Source: Flavipsychrobacter sp.
GTDB taxonomy: Bacteria > Bacteroidota > Bacteroidia > Chitinophagales > Chitinophagaceae
Assembly: GCA_036406055.1 (NCBI GenBank)
Contig: DASWWE010000011.1
Coordinates: 12,298-76,297, forward strand
DNA: 64,000 nucleotides
Direction: 5' to 3'
The position numbers and the translations under genes are program-made. The notes under the pieces were generated by a model. That model had not been told where the DNA came from and did not search any database. It was given only the letters and a program-made list of their open reading frames with translations. Shown here one piece after another: positions 19,365 to 29,866 of the stretch (positions are counted from its first letter, which is position 1; every line of letters begins with the position of its first letter).

Positions 19365-20756
19365 ATGAATTGGCAAAGCTTATATAGCGCCAGGCGCACA
19401 GGCGATGCAAAGGATAAAGTGATCAATCCCGATGCTGTAAGAGATTCTTTTTTACGCGATTACGACAGGCTTATCTTTTCTTCCGCTTTCCGAAGGTTAC
19501 AGAATAAAACCCAGGTCTTCCCGCTGCCAGGTGCGGTGTTTGTTCACAACAGGCTCACCCATAGTTTGGAAGTGGCCTCCGTAGGCCGTTCGCTTGGCAA
19601 GGCCGTAGGCGAACAGATAGCACAACGATATAGTGGTGAGGATGCCAACTTTATTGAGTTCTATAAATATGGGCTTTCCTCGGTAATATCGGCTGCCTGC
19701 CTGGCACACGATATTGGCAATCCACCCTTCGGCCATTCGGGCGAAGATGCCATACGTACTTTTTTCAGGGAACTAGATGGTGAGGCAAAGGATACCTTGC
19801 ATGCAGAGCTTTCGGAAAACCAGCGTTACGATTTTGAAAAGTTTGAAGGCAACTCCAATGCCCTGCGCATACTTACCGATAGCTTTAATGAAACAGAACC
19901 GGGCGGCTACAGGCTTACCTATACCACGCTCGCATCTATCGTAAAGTATCCATGCAGTTCTTTACAGGGTTTTAAAAAAACGGGGCTTATCGCCACAAAA
20001 AAATCAGGCTTCTTCGATAGCGAGATACCTGTGTACGAAGCCATAGCCAACACACTGGGCATCCCTGAAAAAGAAGGTTACGATAATGTGTATGCACGCC
20101 ATCCCTTCGTATATCTTACAGAAGCTGCGGATGATATTTGCTACCGCATCATCGACCTTGAAGATGCACACCGCCTGCACATCGTATCGCTTGAAAAGAT
20201 AGAATCGCTTTTCTATCCTTTCTTCGAGATGGAGAAAACGCCCTATCGTTCTATCGAATACATTCAGAAGAAAGTAAACAACATAGTTGACGATAATCAG
20301 AAGGTACAATTCATTCGTGCCAGCTGGATAGGCTTAATGGTAGAAAAGCTGTCTGCGTTATTTATGCAGCATGAAGCAGAACTATTGGCCGGCACTTTAG
20401 AGAAGGACTTGCTTAGCTGCCTTCCTGATGAATATACAGGCCTGATAAAGGAGATAAACGCCTATTCCATCAAGCATATTTATAATTATAAATCGGTAGT
20501 GGAAATAGAGATAGCAGGCTATAATGTAATTGGCGGATTGCTGAAAGCATTTGTAAATGCAGTGCTGTACCCCACGCATAGCAAGTCTGATAAGATACTG
20601 AAACTGGTTTCCAGCCAGTTTCCTATCAGCAGAGACCCTGCGCGGTTGTATTACGATATACAATCGGTAGTCGATTTTATTTCCGGCATGACCGATCTCT
20701 ATGCTATCGACCTGTATCGTAAAATAACCGGTATTAGTGTACCGCAGATACGTTAG
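19365..20756 (+). CDS. dgt: dGTP triphosphohydrolase-like HD-domain protein
   Basis: RDYDRLIFSSAFRRLQNKTQVF...NRLTHSLEVASVGRSLG...LAHDIGNPPFGHSGE are the classic Dgt family motifs. The track start at 19347 is TTG; I prefer the ATG at 19365. Confidence 0.85.
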   Translation: MNWQSLYSARRTGDAKDKVINPDAVRDSFLRDYDRLIFSSAFRRLQNKTQVFPLPGAVFVHNRLTHSLEVASVGRSLGKAVGEQIAQRYSGEDANFIEFYKYGLSSVISAACLAHDIGNPPFGHSGEDAIRTFFRELDGEAKDTLHAELSENQRYDFEKFEGNSNALRILTDSFNETEPGGYRLTYTTLASIVKYPCSSLQGFKKTGLIATKKSGFFDSEIPVYEAIANTLGIPEKEGYDNVYARHPFVYLTEAADDICYRIIDLEDAHRLHIVSLEKIESLFYPFFEMEKTPYRSIEYIQKKVNNIVDDNQKVQFIRASWIGLMVEKLSALFMQHEAELLAGTLEKDLLSCLPDEYTGLIKEINAYSIKHIYNYKSVVEIEIAGYNVIGGLLKAFVNAVLYPTHSKSDKILKLVSSQFPISRDPARLYYDIQSVVDFISGMTDLYAIDLYRKITGISVPQIR

Positions 20757-20762
20757 TTTTTT

Positions 20763-21974
20763 ATGCATCCCAGCCAGTTAAGAATAGAAGATTTCACATA
20801 TCACCTCCCCGATGAGCGTATTGCTAAATATCCGCTGCCGGAAAGGGATAGCTCGCGCTTATTGATATACGATGAAGGCGTTATAAAGGAAGATACCTAT
20901 CGGCATATCGCCGGCCATATACCGCCCGATAGCCTGCTGGTTTTCAACCAGACCAAAGTGGTATATGCACGCCTGCTGTTCAAAAAAGATACCGGTAGCA
21001 GTATAGAAGTTTTTTGTCTGGAGCCACATAGCAAATACCCCGAACTGCAAACTGCCCTGCTGCAAAAAAGAAAAGTATGGTGGAACTGCATGGTAGGTGG
21101 CGCCAGTAAATGGAAGCCCGGCATGGTGCTGACCATAACGCATGGCGACCCGGCATTTACCGTATCTGCCACTATAGTAGATAAGCAGCCGGGATACTTC
21201 ACCATAGAGCTTACCTGGGATGCCGACCTCACCTTTGCCGAAGTACTGCATTATACAGGCAAAGTTCCCCTACCACCCTACCTGCACCGCGAGGCGGAAG
21301 CGGGAGATGAAGCCACCTACCAAACCATATATGCCAAAGATGAAGGCAGCGTAGCCGCCCCCACAGCCGGCCTGCATTTTACAGAAGCCGTATTTGAAAG
21401 CCTTAAGCAAAAAGGCATCAGTAAAGACTTTGTCACCCTGCACGTAGGTGCTGGCACCTTCAAGCCGGTGAAAAGCGAAACCATGCAAGAGCATGACATG
21501 CATGCCGAATGGATAGATGTAAATGCGGCTACCATCAAAAACCTGCTGGCACACATCGGCCATATTGTGGCTGTAGGCACTACCTCCATGCGCACGCTTG
21601 AAAGCCTGTATTGGATAGGCGTAAAGCTGCTGCAAGGCCATCCCATTACGCAGGATATATCTGTATCTCAATGGGATCCATACGATATACATACGGAAAT
21701 AACTGCTATAGAAGCCCTGCAGGCCATACTCCATTGGCTGGGGGCAAATGAACAAACCCACCTCGTTACCCGTACGCAGATACTCATAGCACCGGGTTAC
21801 ACCTTCCGCATCGTGCGCGGTTTGGTCACCAATTTCCACCAGCCGCAGTCTACCTTGCTGCTGCTGGTTTCAGCCATTGTGGGGCAGGAATGGCGCACTA
21901 TGTACAACTATGCGCTGGATAATGGTTTCCGCTTCCTGAGTTATGGCGATGGCTGCCTTTTGTGGGTGCAATAG
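20763..21974 (+). CDS. queA: S-adenosylmethionine:tRNA ribosyltransferase-isomerase
   Basis: IEDFTYHLPDERIAKYPLPERDSSRLLIY..LLVFNQTKVVYARL..LPPYL..YQTIYAK..GSVAAPTAGLHFT..VTLHVGAGTF.P..AVGTTSMRTLES..GYGD. At 403 aa it is longer than the E. coli protein (356 aa). Confidence 0.85.
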   Translation: MHPSQLRIEDFTYHLPDERIAKYPLPERDSSRLLIYDEGVIKEDTYRHIAGHIPPDSLLVFNQTKVVYARLLFKKDTGSSIEVFCLEPHSKYPELQTALLQKRKVWWNCMVGGASKWKPGMVLTITHGDPAFTVSATIVDKQPGYFTIELTWDADLTFAEVLHYTGKVPLPPYLHREAEAGDEATYQTIYAKDEGSVAAPTAGLHFTEAVFESLKQKGISKDFVTLHVGAGTFKPVKSETMQEHDMHAEWIDVNAATIKNLLAHIGHIVAVGTTSMRTLESLYWIGVKLLQGHPITQDISVSQWDPYDIHTEITAIEALQAILHWLGANEQTHLVTRTQILIAPGYTFRIVRGLVTNFHQPQSTLLLLVSAIVGQEWRTMYNYALDNGFRFLSYGDGCLLWVQ

Positions 21975-22036
21975 CTAATATCTTTTATCTACGCATTAAT
22001 AAATAGTTATGCATGTTGCTTCCATCAGGTATTTAG

Positions 22037-22044
22037 TAGCTTTG
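22037..22044 (+). promoter_or_regulatory. -7 box candidate (TAGCTTTG) upstream of nadC
   Basis: tagctttg lies with 21 nt between the box and the TTG start at 22066. Confidence 0.3.
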
Positions 22045-22065
22045 CGACACTAAAGCGCATAGTCA

Positions 22066-22905
22066 TTGGATACAAAGCAATTTATAGCCGCTGCACTGCA
22101 GGAAGACATCGGTAACGGAGACCACTCTACACTCGCCTCTATCCCTGCCGATGCAGAAGGGCGCGCGGTATTGAAGATAAAGGAAGATGGCATATTAGCA
22201 GGCGTGCAACTGGCACAGGATATTTTCCACTACCTGCAGCCCGATGCGTCTTTTACTATTTACAAGAATGATGGCGATGCAATCACCAAAGGCGAAACGG
22301 CTTTTGAAGTAGCCGCCAAAGTGCATACCATACTGCAGGCCGAACGCCTGGCGCTCAACTGTATGCAGCGTATGAGTGGTATTGCTACCATCACGCACCA
22401 GTATGTAGAGAAGATAAAGAATTACAAGTCTAAAATACTAGATACCCGCAAAACCACCCCGCTGTTCCGCGCTTTTGAAAAAGAAGCCGTACATATTGGT
22501 GGTGGCCACAATCACCGCATGGGCCTGTACGATATGATCATGCTGAAGGATAACCATATCGATTTTTGCGGTGGTATCGAAAAGGCGATTGATAAAACCA
22601 ATGCATACCTGCAAGCCAATAACCTGGACCTGAAAATAGAAATAGAAACCCGCAGCCTGGATGATGTAAAGCGTATACTGGCCAAAGGCAATATACACCG
22701 CATCATGCTGGATAACTATACGCCCGAACAACTGGCCGAAGCTATCCAACTGATAGATGGCCGTTATGAAACAGAAGCATCCGGCGGTATTACTATAGAT
22801 AATATTGAAGCCTACGCCGCAACGGGTGTGGATTATATATCGGTAGGTGCTATCATACACCATGCCGTTAGCCTCGACCTCAGCCTTAAAGCACAAATAT
22901 CATGA
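22066..22905 (+). CDS. nadC: nicotinate-nucleotide pyrophosphorylase (carboxylating)
   Basis: ALQEDIGNGDHST..ERLALNCMQRMSGIAT..ILDTRKTTP..KEAVHIGGGHNHRMGLYD.IMLKDNHI..IEIE..MLDN..ASGGI. Starts with TTG in the track. Confidence 0.9.
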   Translation: MDTKQFIAAALQEDIGNGDHSTLASIPADAEGRAVLKIKEDGILAGVQLAQDIFHYLQPDASFTIYKNDGDAITKGETAFEVAAKVHTILQAERLALNCMQRMSGIATITHQYVEKIKNYKSKILDTRKTTPLFRAFEKEAVHIGGGHNHRMGLYDMIMLKDNHIDFCGGIEKAIDKTNAYLQANNLDLKIEIETRSLDDVKRILAKGNIHRIMLDNYTPEQLAEAIQLIDGRYETEASGGITIDNIEAYAATGVDYISVGAIIHHAVSLDLSLKAQIS

Positions 22906-23780
22906 GCAGGCAACATCTTGTCTTCATCATCAATCCCAAATCGGGCGTTGACAGGCAGAAGGCTGTGCAGGAGGCAATAGATACCACGCTCGACCAAAAT
23001 AAGTTTACTTACGAGATACAACATACACGCTATGCCAAACACGGTACCGAACTGGCCCGTGAAGCGGCTGACAAAGGCGCGTATGCCGTAGTGGCCGTAG
23101 GTGGGGATGGTTCGGTAAATGATATTGTAACCGGTATCATTGGCACCGATACGGCACTGGCGGTGATACCCAAAGGCTCCGGAAATGGGATGGCCCGCAC
23201 TATGGAGATACCCATGAATGAGCGTGAGGCGATAGAGGTCATAAACAGGGGCCGTACTATGATGATGGATATGGGCTATGCTAATGACAGGTTATTCATA
23301 AGCAATGCAGGTGTGGCTTTTGATGCACTGATATCGCGCAAGTTTGCCAAAAGCACACGTCGTGGCTTTGCTATGTATAGCTGGCTGGTCACCAAGCATA
23401 TGTGGACGTATAATGAATGGGATTGGCACATCACCATAGATGGCAAGACCATTAAGGAAAAAGCCTTCATCGTATGCGTGGCCAATTGCAAGCAGTTTGG
23501 TTACAACTTTGAAATAGCACCTGATGCCAGCTGGACCGATGGCTTGTTCGATCTTATTATCATCAGGAAATTTCCCAAGCTGCTGGGCGGCATGCTAGTA
23601 TATCGCGCCATGAATGGCACGCTCACTAAGAGCCCTTATGTAGATCATTACCGTGGTAAAGACATTACTATCTTTCATCCTGAACTGCGCCTGATGCAGA
23701 CCGATGGCGATGCCCATAGCTGCGAAAACAAGATAAAATTTACCATCAAACCGGCTGCACAAAAAATTATCATACCTTAA
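22902..23780 (+). CDS. diacylglycerol/lipid kinase family protein (YegS/BmrU-like)
   Basis: FIINPKSG..AVGGDGSVNDIV..LAVIPKGSGNGMAR catalytic-domain motifs. ATGA overlap with the nadC stop. Confidence 0.85.
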   Translation: MSRQHLVFIINPKSGVDRQKAVQEAIDTTLDQNKFTYEIQHTRYAKHGTELAREAADKGAYAVVAVGGDGSVNDIVTGIIGTDTALAVIPKGSGNGMARTMEIPMNEREAIEVINRGRTMMMDMGYANDRLFISNAGVAFDALISRKFAKSTRRGFAMYSWLVTKHMWTYNEWDWHITIDGKTIKEKAFIVCVANCKQFGYNFEIAPDASWTDGLFDLIIIRKFPKLLGGMLVYRAMNGTLTKSPYVDHYRGKDITIFHPELRLMQTDGDAHSCENKIKFTIKPAAQKIIIP

Positions 23781-23786
23781 TACCGT

Positions 23787-24821
23787 ATGCTAAGGGCATT
23801 CACGGGCATCATACTTTTCATTTCACTGTGCTGCATTTCCTGTAGCCACAGGCAGCAGCACATTACCCGTAGCATTTACTACTGGAAGACTACCTTCAAA
23901 CCCACTACCTACGAAAAGCAGCGCCTGCAAAGCCTTGCCTGCCGCGATATGTACATCCGCCTTTGCGATGTAGACTGGAACGATAACGTGCAGCAGGCCG
24001 TACCGGTAGCACCCATACATTTTTTCAGCGCGCTGCAAAAGGGCATACACTATACACCAGTCGTGTTCATCACGCAACGTACACTTACACATCTTACTGC
24101 CGAAACATCAAACCTGCTGGCTACTAATATCAATAAGTATGTGCAGGAGGTTTGCAGCACGGCACAGATGCACCCCACAGAGATTCAGATTGACTGCGAC
24201 TGGACGGCGGGCACTAAACATGTTTACTTCAACCTGCTGACACAGCTAAAGCAACAAGCCTTCTTCAAGGGCAAAACACTTTCGGCCACCATACGCATGC
24301 ACCAGGTAAAATATACCGCGCGCAATGGCATGCCACCTGCCGACAGGGGATTGCTGATGTGCTACAACATGGGCAATATGAAAAAGCCCGGTGCACTCAA
24401 TTCTATACTGGATGTAATCAATACCAAAGACTATACAAGGAACATCAGTACTTATCCTTTACCGCTTGATGTAGCATTGCCTTTATTCAACTGGACATTG
24501 CTGTTTCGCAACAAGCAATTAAAGGGAATATTGAGAGATGTGGATGAAGAAAGCATTAAAGCCAATAAAGTATTTCAACACAAAGAAGCCAACCTCTACA
24601 CCTGCACTGCCGATACCTTCTACAATGGCTATTACCTACAAAGTGGTGATGTATTAAGAGTAGAATCTGTAAGCAGTAAAGACGTAGCACACATAGCAAC
24701 ATACATAGCCAAACGCATAGGCAACGATAGCTTCAAAATAGCCTTGTTCCATTGCGATAGCCTAACTTTAAGCAAATATTCAGACGATGAACTGGAAGAG
24801 ATATATCACGCTGGCCATTAG
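23787..24821 (+). CDS. hypothetical lipoprotein (344 aa)
   Basis: Signal/lipobox ...ILFISLCCISCS. No recognisable domain. Confidence 0.65.
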   Translation: MLRAFTGIILFISLCCISCSHRQQHITRSIYYWKTTFKPTTYEKQRLQSLACRDMYIRLCDVDWNDNVQQAVPVAPIHFFSALQKGIHYTPVVFITQRTLTHLTAETSNLLATNINKYVQEVCSTAQMHPTEIQIDCDWTAGTKHVYFNLLTQLKQQAFFKGKTLSATIRMHQVKYTARNGMPPADRGLLMCYNMGNMKKPGALNSILDVINTKDYTRNISTYPLPLDVALPLFNWTLLFRNKQLKGILRDVDEESIKANKVFQHKEANLYTCTADTFYNGYYLQSGDVLRVESVSSKDVAHIATYIAKRIGNDSFKIALFHCDSLTLSKYSDDELEEIYHAGH

Positions 24822-27096
24822 TGTTATTTTCTTAGTCCCTTTCGAACAGTGGGTACATGCCTGTGCCGGTGGCGATGATCCTTACGACTATTTTCCTTCC
24901 TTCTTCTTCAGGGATATCAATAAAAATGCAGCCTACTCTCCGTTTTATTATACCTCCTTGTTGGTGTATGCAGATGACAACTATACACAAGATGTGAACA
25001 TAGATGAATGGCATGCATACACTTCATCTAAAGTTTCAAAGCAAGACATTGATAGCTTTGTATACAGCTATAGCCTTGCAGACCTCAATGCTGCGCTAAG
25101 CAGTATAGTCACAAAAGGCAACAGCAAGGCCCGTAAAGAAGTAGTTGATAATAAGTTCGCACAATGGCTGGTGAAAAAGAAAGACAAAGAAGCTGCCGGC
25201 TACCTGCTGTTTGCCAAGCAATGCGAACCATATGCACAACCGGAAGATGGCTATTACGACCAAAAGACTTACGAGTGGAAAACCGTGCCGCGCGATACTG
25301 TAAAAATGGCCGGCCTCCTGGCTGAAGGACGCAAGCAGCACGATGCCGCAAAAAAAGAAGCAATACAATGGCGCTATAAATACCAACTGATACGTTTGGC
25401 TTTCTATGCACGGAAGTATGATGAGGCATTGGCCTTGTATAATGCGTTGGTTGGCAGTAAGACTTATAACGGCATCATGTATCCACGCTGCCTGGAATTG
25501 AAAGCAGGTATATTGTATAAAACAGGCAGAAAGAATGAGGCTGCTTACCTGTATAGTAAAACCTTCGACCTGAGTGATGAGCTAAAGCAATCCTCACACA
25601 TCAGCTTTAGCTGGGCTGCAAATGGTAAGATAGATGATGTGCTAAAGCTATGCCGTAATGACCACGAAAAAGCGGTAGTCTATATTATGAAAGGCCTGCA
25701 CGACTATGGAGATGGTGCAACCATAGGGTTGGATATGATGCAAAAGGCATACGATGCCGATGCAAACATCAAAGGGCTTACAGAAGTAATGACACGCGAG
25801 ATAAGCAAAGCTGAAGAGCGCTTCGTAACTACGCCTAATATCTGGTATTATTCAGATAGCCAGGCCAATGCTTTGAAAAGTGTTTACCCTGCTTACCTGA
25901 AACAGTTGAACGACTTTGCCAAGCGCGTAGTAAAAGGTGGTAAAAATGGCGATAAAGCATTCTGGTATCTGGCCTCTGCCTATATCCATCTTATTCAGAA
26001 CAACTATGCAGAAGCAACAGCCTACCTGGATATGGCAGCGAAGGAAAACATGACACCCCGCCAAAAGGATATTCATGGTGTAACAACAGCCCTGCTGATT
26101 TTAAAACAGAACAGGCAACTGGACCCGGCAACAGAAAGCAAGCTGTTGCCTTCATTGAAATGGATAGATGAGAAGACAGAGAACGACATGTACTTTGCAG
26201 GTGTTTATACGCATTTTATCAATGTACTCATGACGGATAAATATCTGCAGCAGGGCGATACTGTAAAAGCTGTTTATACCATGAATAGCTGGACATCTTG
26301 GGAATTGCTGGATGATATGAGTACTAACCAACTGGAAAATGTCAAAGCCTTTATTAAGAAGAAAGATAAAACGCCCTATGAAGTATGGCTAACCCGCAAC
26401 AGCAACTACCAGGAAAGTATGCTGTATGAAATGCAGGGTACAAAACATTTGCGTGCACAGGAATATGACAAGGCAATAGCGGCTTTTAAAAAAGTACCTG
26501 ATTCAGCTATCAATGCCTACTTGCTACCCGATTGTTTTGTAAGCCATATACAGGATATGCAAGACTGGAACCGTTCAGACTCTGCTGTTACTTATAATAA
26601 ACTAACGCTGGCACAAAAGCTTGCAGTTATGAAGAAGAAGCTGGATGAGAATCCTAAAGATGCTACTACGGCTTACTCTTATGCTAATGCTATGTATAAC
26701 CTTACCTATTATGGTAAAGGCTGGCAGGCTGTGCAGTATGACCGTAGCGGTGTTGAGTTTGAAGCGTATTATATAAGCGACGAACGCAAAAAGGCACCGG
26801 CTTCTAAGCGCAATTACTATGATCCCTCGTTGGCTGAAAAATATTACATGCAGGCATTCAGCAATAGTAATGATGCCGAATTTAAAGCTCGTTGCCTTTT
26901 TATGGCAGCCAAATGCTGGCAGAAGAATTGCCCGGCGCCTAAAGGTGTTAACTATTATAGCTACGATGATAAGCTATACTACAGCCATTCATTGAAGAAC
27001 CCTTATTTTAAACAATTGAAGCAGTATAGCAAGACGAGGTTCTATACCAACGCTGTTAGCACTTGCGGCTATCTTAATGACTATGTACGGAAATAG
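24787..27096 (+). CDS. hypothetical large helical (TPR-like) protein (769 aa)
   Basis: N-terminal hydrophobic segment, then CAGGDDPYDYFPSFFF. Long helical repeat-like body. Overlaps the upstream ORF by 35 nt. Confidence 0.65.
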   Translation: MNWKRYITLAISVIFLVPFEQWVHACAGGDDPYDYFPSFFFRDINKNAAYSPFYYTSLLVYADDNYTQDVNIDEWHAYTSSKVSKQDIDSFVYSYSLADLNAALSSIVTKGNSKARKEVVDNKFAQWLVKKKDKEAAGYLLFAKQCEPYAQPEDGYYDQKTYEWKTVPRDTVKMAGLLAEGRKQHDAAKKEAIQWRYKYQLIRLAFYARKYDEALALYNALVGSKTYNGIMYPRCLELKAGILYKTGRKNEAAYLYSKTFDLSDELKQSSHISFSWAANGKIDDVLKLCRNDHEKAVVYIMKGLHDYGDGATIGLDMMQKAYDADANIKGLTEVMTREISKAEERFVTTPNIWYYSDSQANALKSVYPAYLKQLNDFAKRVVKGGKNGDKAFWYLASAYIHLIQNNYAEATAYLDMAAKENMTPRQKDIHGVTTALLILKQNRQLDPATESKLLPSLKWIDEKTENDMYFAGVYTHFINVLMTDKYLQQGDTVKAVYTMNSWTSWELLDDMSTNQLENVKAFIKKKDKTPYEVWLTRNSNYQESMLYEMQGTKHLRAQEYDKAIAAFKKVPDSAINAYLLPDCFVSHIQDMQDWNRSDSAVTYNKLTLAQKLAVMKKKLDENPKDATTAYSYANAMYNLTYYGKGWQAVQYDRSGVEFEAYYISDERKKAPASKRNYYDPSLAEKYYMQAFSNSNDAEFKARCLFMAAKCWQKNCPAPKGVNYYSYDDKLYYSHSLKNPYFKQLKQYSKTRFYTNAVSTCGYLNDYVRK

Positions 27097-27946
27097 CTTT
27101 ATCGCTATGCTTCCAGCGGCGGTGTGTCCACATCCAGTTGTCGGGTTGGTGGTGTAGCTGTTCTTCCATAAAGCTTACATAGTCTTGCATCATTTGCCCC
27201 TGTGGTAGTTGCGATGCATCATCCGTGTATTTGTGCAGGGTTATCTTATAGTAGCCACGTTTCACCCTTTCGATACCAGCAAATACGACTGCGGCTTTAT
27301 TGCGTGTAGCCAGTTGTTCCGGCCCGCGAAAGAAAGGAACCGTGCGGTGCATAAAGTTCAACCATACAGCAGCCTTCAGGTTGGAAGGATTCTGGTCGGC
27401 TATCAGCCCTACTATATAGCGCACACCTTGTAGCCTGGTAAAGCCCTTCTTCGCCATCATCGATATCAGCCATACACCGCTGCGGGTGCGTATGCGGTGC
27501 ATCAGCTTATCAAAAGCTTTATTATCTGGTGGCATGTACACGCCTGCAAACTGTTGCCTGCAATTGTATTGGCAAGCTACATTGGCCCATTCCCAGTTGA
27601 AGGTATGGCCGAGTAATGCGTAGGTATCTTTGCCTTCATCATACAGTTGATGGAAGATCTCCCAGTTAGCAGTAATGCGTTTATTCAGCTGTGCTTCCGA
27701 TATAGTCAGGAGCTTCAGCGTTTCCATCCACTGGTCGCAAAAGTTGCGGAAGAACTGCCTGCGTATGCGCAACAGTTCATCGGCACTTTTCTCCGGGAAA
27801 GCGTATTGCAACTGCTCCAGCACCAAAGCCTTACGATAGCCAACGATATAGAATAATATCAGGAAGATCAGGTCAGACAATACATACAACACCCTTAGTG
27901 GCAGCAAGGCCACCGGGTATAATAGTATCAGCAATAGGTAATACAT
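27074..27946 (-). CDS. lysophospholipid/lipid A biosynthesis acyltransferase (LpxL/HtrB family)
   Basis: N-terminal TM segment, GHTFNWEW (HX4E-type) motif, ADQNP, C-terminal PDNWMWTHRRWKH, typical of the PF03279 family. Confidence 0.8.
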   Translation of the reverse strand: MYYLLLILLYPVALLPLRVLYVLSDLIFLILFYIVGYRKALVLEQLQYAFPEKSADELLRIRRQFFRNFCDQWMETLKLLTISEAQLNKRITANWEIFHQLYDEGKDTYALLGHTFNWEWANVACQYNCRQQFAGVYMPPDNKAFDKLMHRIRTRSGVWLISMMAKKGFTRLQGVRYIVGLIADQNPSNLKAAVWLNFMHRTVPFFRGPEQLATRNKAAVVFAGIERVKRGYYKITLHKYTDDASQLPQGQMMQDYVSFMEEQLHHQPDNWMWTHRRWKHSDKAISVHSH

Positions 27947-27970
27947 GCGTGTGCAAAGGTACGCTAAAGG

Positions 27971-28621
27971 CTACTTATGCTTCACGCTGCCTGTCAGGTC
28001 GTATAGTTTTTGTATATGTTGCAGGTTGCCTTTAAAGTCAAAGTTCAGGTCTTTCAGCAACCCCGATTGCAGGCTGAATACCCATGCGTGTATAGTAGGG
28101 TATCCATTATCCAGGTAGTGCTCCTGCACCGCTGCTGTTTTCAGCACGTTTAGTGCCTGCTCTATCACGTTCAGTTCCACCAGCCTGTCGTAGCGGGCAG
28201 CAGTATCGGCTATCGCATCCAGCTCTGCTTCATGCAGGCGGTACACATCGCGGATGTTACGCAACCAGGGGTTCAGTATACCCAAATCAGCCGATGTCAT
28301 GGCTGCCTTTACACCTCCGCAGTTATAGTGCCCGCATATGATGATGTGCTTCACATGCAGATGTCGCACGGCATAGTTGATAACACTCATTACATTCAGG
28401 TCGATAGACACAACCAGGTTGGCCACATTGCGGTGTACAAATACCTCGCCGGGTTCCAGGCCCATTATCTCGTTGGCAGGCACACGGCTATCGCTACAGC
28501 CTATATACAGGTACTCCGGCGTCTGGTCGGCCGATAGCTTCTTTAGAAAGTCAACATTACGGGCTACGTTATCGGCTACCCATTTCCTGTTATTCTCAAA
28601 TAGTTGCTCGTATGGTATCAT
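27971..28621 (-). CDS. beta-class carbonic anhydrase
   Basis: YIGCSDSRVPANEI and IIICGHYNCGGVKAA zinc-ligand motifs. Confidence 0.9.
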   Translation of the reverse strand: MIPYEQLFENNRKWVADNVARNVDFLKKLSADQTPEYLYIGCSDSRVPANEIMGLEPGEVFVHRNVANLVVSIDLNVMSVINYAVRHLHVKHIIICGHYNCGGVKAAMTSADLGILNPWLRNIRDVYRLHEAELDAIADTAARYDRLVELNVIEQALNVLKTAAVQEHYLDNGYPTIHAWVFSLQSGLLKDLNFDFKGNLQHIQKLYDLTGSVKHK

Positions 28622-28714
28622 AGACTGGTTTTAGCATTACAATAATAAGCCAATTGAAATAAACATTTCTTATCCGCCGCATAAGCTTTAATTTTACGCC
28701 CGCAAACACAGCTT

Positions 28715-29728
28715 ATGAAACTGGTTACTTATTCTAAAAACGGCATCGGGCAGTTAGCCCTTCTTATAGATGGCCAATTGTATGATACCAACGCTGCCAA
28801 TCCTGCATTGCCTGCTACCATGAAGGACATGCTGAACAACTGGGAAGCGCTGGAACCCATAGCCCGCCAAACAGAAGCAGACATCAAGAGTGGCAAGAGC
28901 ACACCTGCTACTGCTACCCCATACAATGGTGCTACTATTATGGCGCCTGTGCCGCAACCTACCAGTTGCCGCGATGGCTATGCCTTTCGTCAGCACGTAG
29001 CGGCTGCCCGCCGCAACAGGAAGGTAGATATGATACCTGAGTTCGACCAGTATCCTATCTTCTACTTTACCAACCACAATGCCATACAAGGCCCCGGCGA
29101 TATACTGTGCATGCCCGATCATTTCCAGAAGCTGGACTTTGAACTGGAGGCTGCCGTAGTACTGGGCAAGAAAGGCCGCAATGTAAAAGCTGCCGATGCC
29201 GACCAATACATAGCCGGCTACATGATAATGAACGATATGAGCGCCCGCACCCTGCAGATGGAAGAGATGCTGCTGAACCTGGGCCCTGCCAAGGGTAAGG
29301 ACTTCAGCACGGTGATAGGCCCCATAATGGTAACACCCGATGAGCTGGAACCCTACCGCATACCCGCCAAGCCCGGCCACACCGGTGCCAACTATAACCT
29401 GAAGATGGTGTGCCGCGTGAATGGTATACAGGTAAGCGAAGGCAATGTGGGAGATATGGACTGGACCTTTGCCGAGATCATAGAGCGCTGCGCCTATGGT
29501 GCCGATATACTGCCCGGCGATGTGATAGGTAGTGGTACGGTAGGTACCGGCTGCTTCCTGGAGCTGAATGGTACCGGCCTGCTGAACGACCCTAACTATA
29601 AAGTGCAGTGGCTGCAACCCGGCGATGTGGTAGAGATGGAAATAGAAGGCCTGGGCCTGCTGACCAATACCATAGTAGCTGAGCAGACAGACTTCAGCAT
29701 ACTGAAGCTGAAAAAGATGCCTAAATAG
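28715..29728 (+). CDS. fumarylacetoacetate hydrolase family protein
   Basis: PIFYFTNHN..GPGD..LDFELEAAVVLGK..IAGYMIMNDMSAR..AKGKDFSTVIGP..GDVIGSGTVG FAH-fold motifs. Confidence 0.85.
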   Translation: MKLVTYSKNGIGQLALLIDGQLYDTNAANPALPATMKDMLNNWEALEPIARQTEADIKSGKSTPATATPYNGATIMAPVPQPTSCRDGYAFRQHVAAARRNRKVDMIPEFDQYPIFYFTNHNAIQGPGDILCMPDHFQKLDFELEAAVVLGKKGRNVKAADADQYIAGYMIMNDMSARTLQMEEMLLNLGPAKGKDFSTVIGPIMVTPDELEPYRIPAKPGHTGANYNLKMVCRVNGIQVSEGNVGDMDWTFAEIIERCAYGADILPGDVIGSGTVGTGCFLELNGTGLLNDPNYKVQWLQPGDVVEMEIEGLGLLTNTIVAEQTDFSILKLKKMPK

Positions 29729-29750
29729 GGCTGATTATCAACAGACTATA

Positions 29751-29783
29751 AAACAAAAGGTACTACTTAGGTAGTACCTTTTT
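29751..29783. terminator. bidirectional rho-independent terminator
   Basis: aaacaaAAGGTACTACttagGTAGTACCTTttt has A-rich and T-rich flanks on both sides. Confidence 0.75.
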
Positions 29784-29866
29784 GCTTGCGTTCTGTTTTA
29801 GTTAGGGGCTTAAACAGTGGGTTCTAATAACATATGCTTAGCGCCTGCGCGCAGTGCGTTCTGTGG

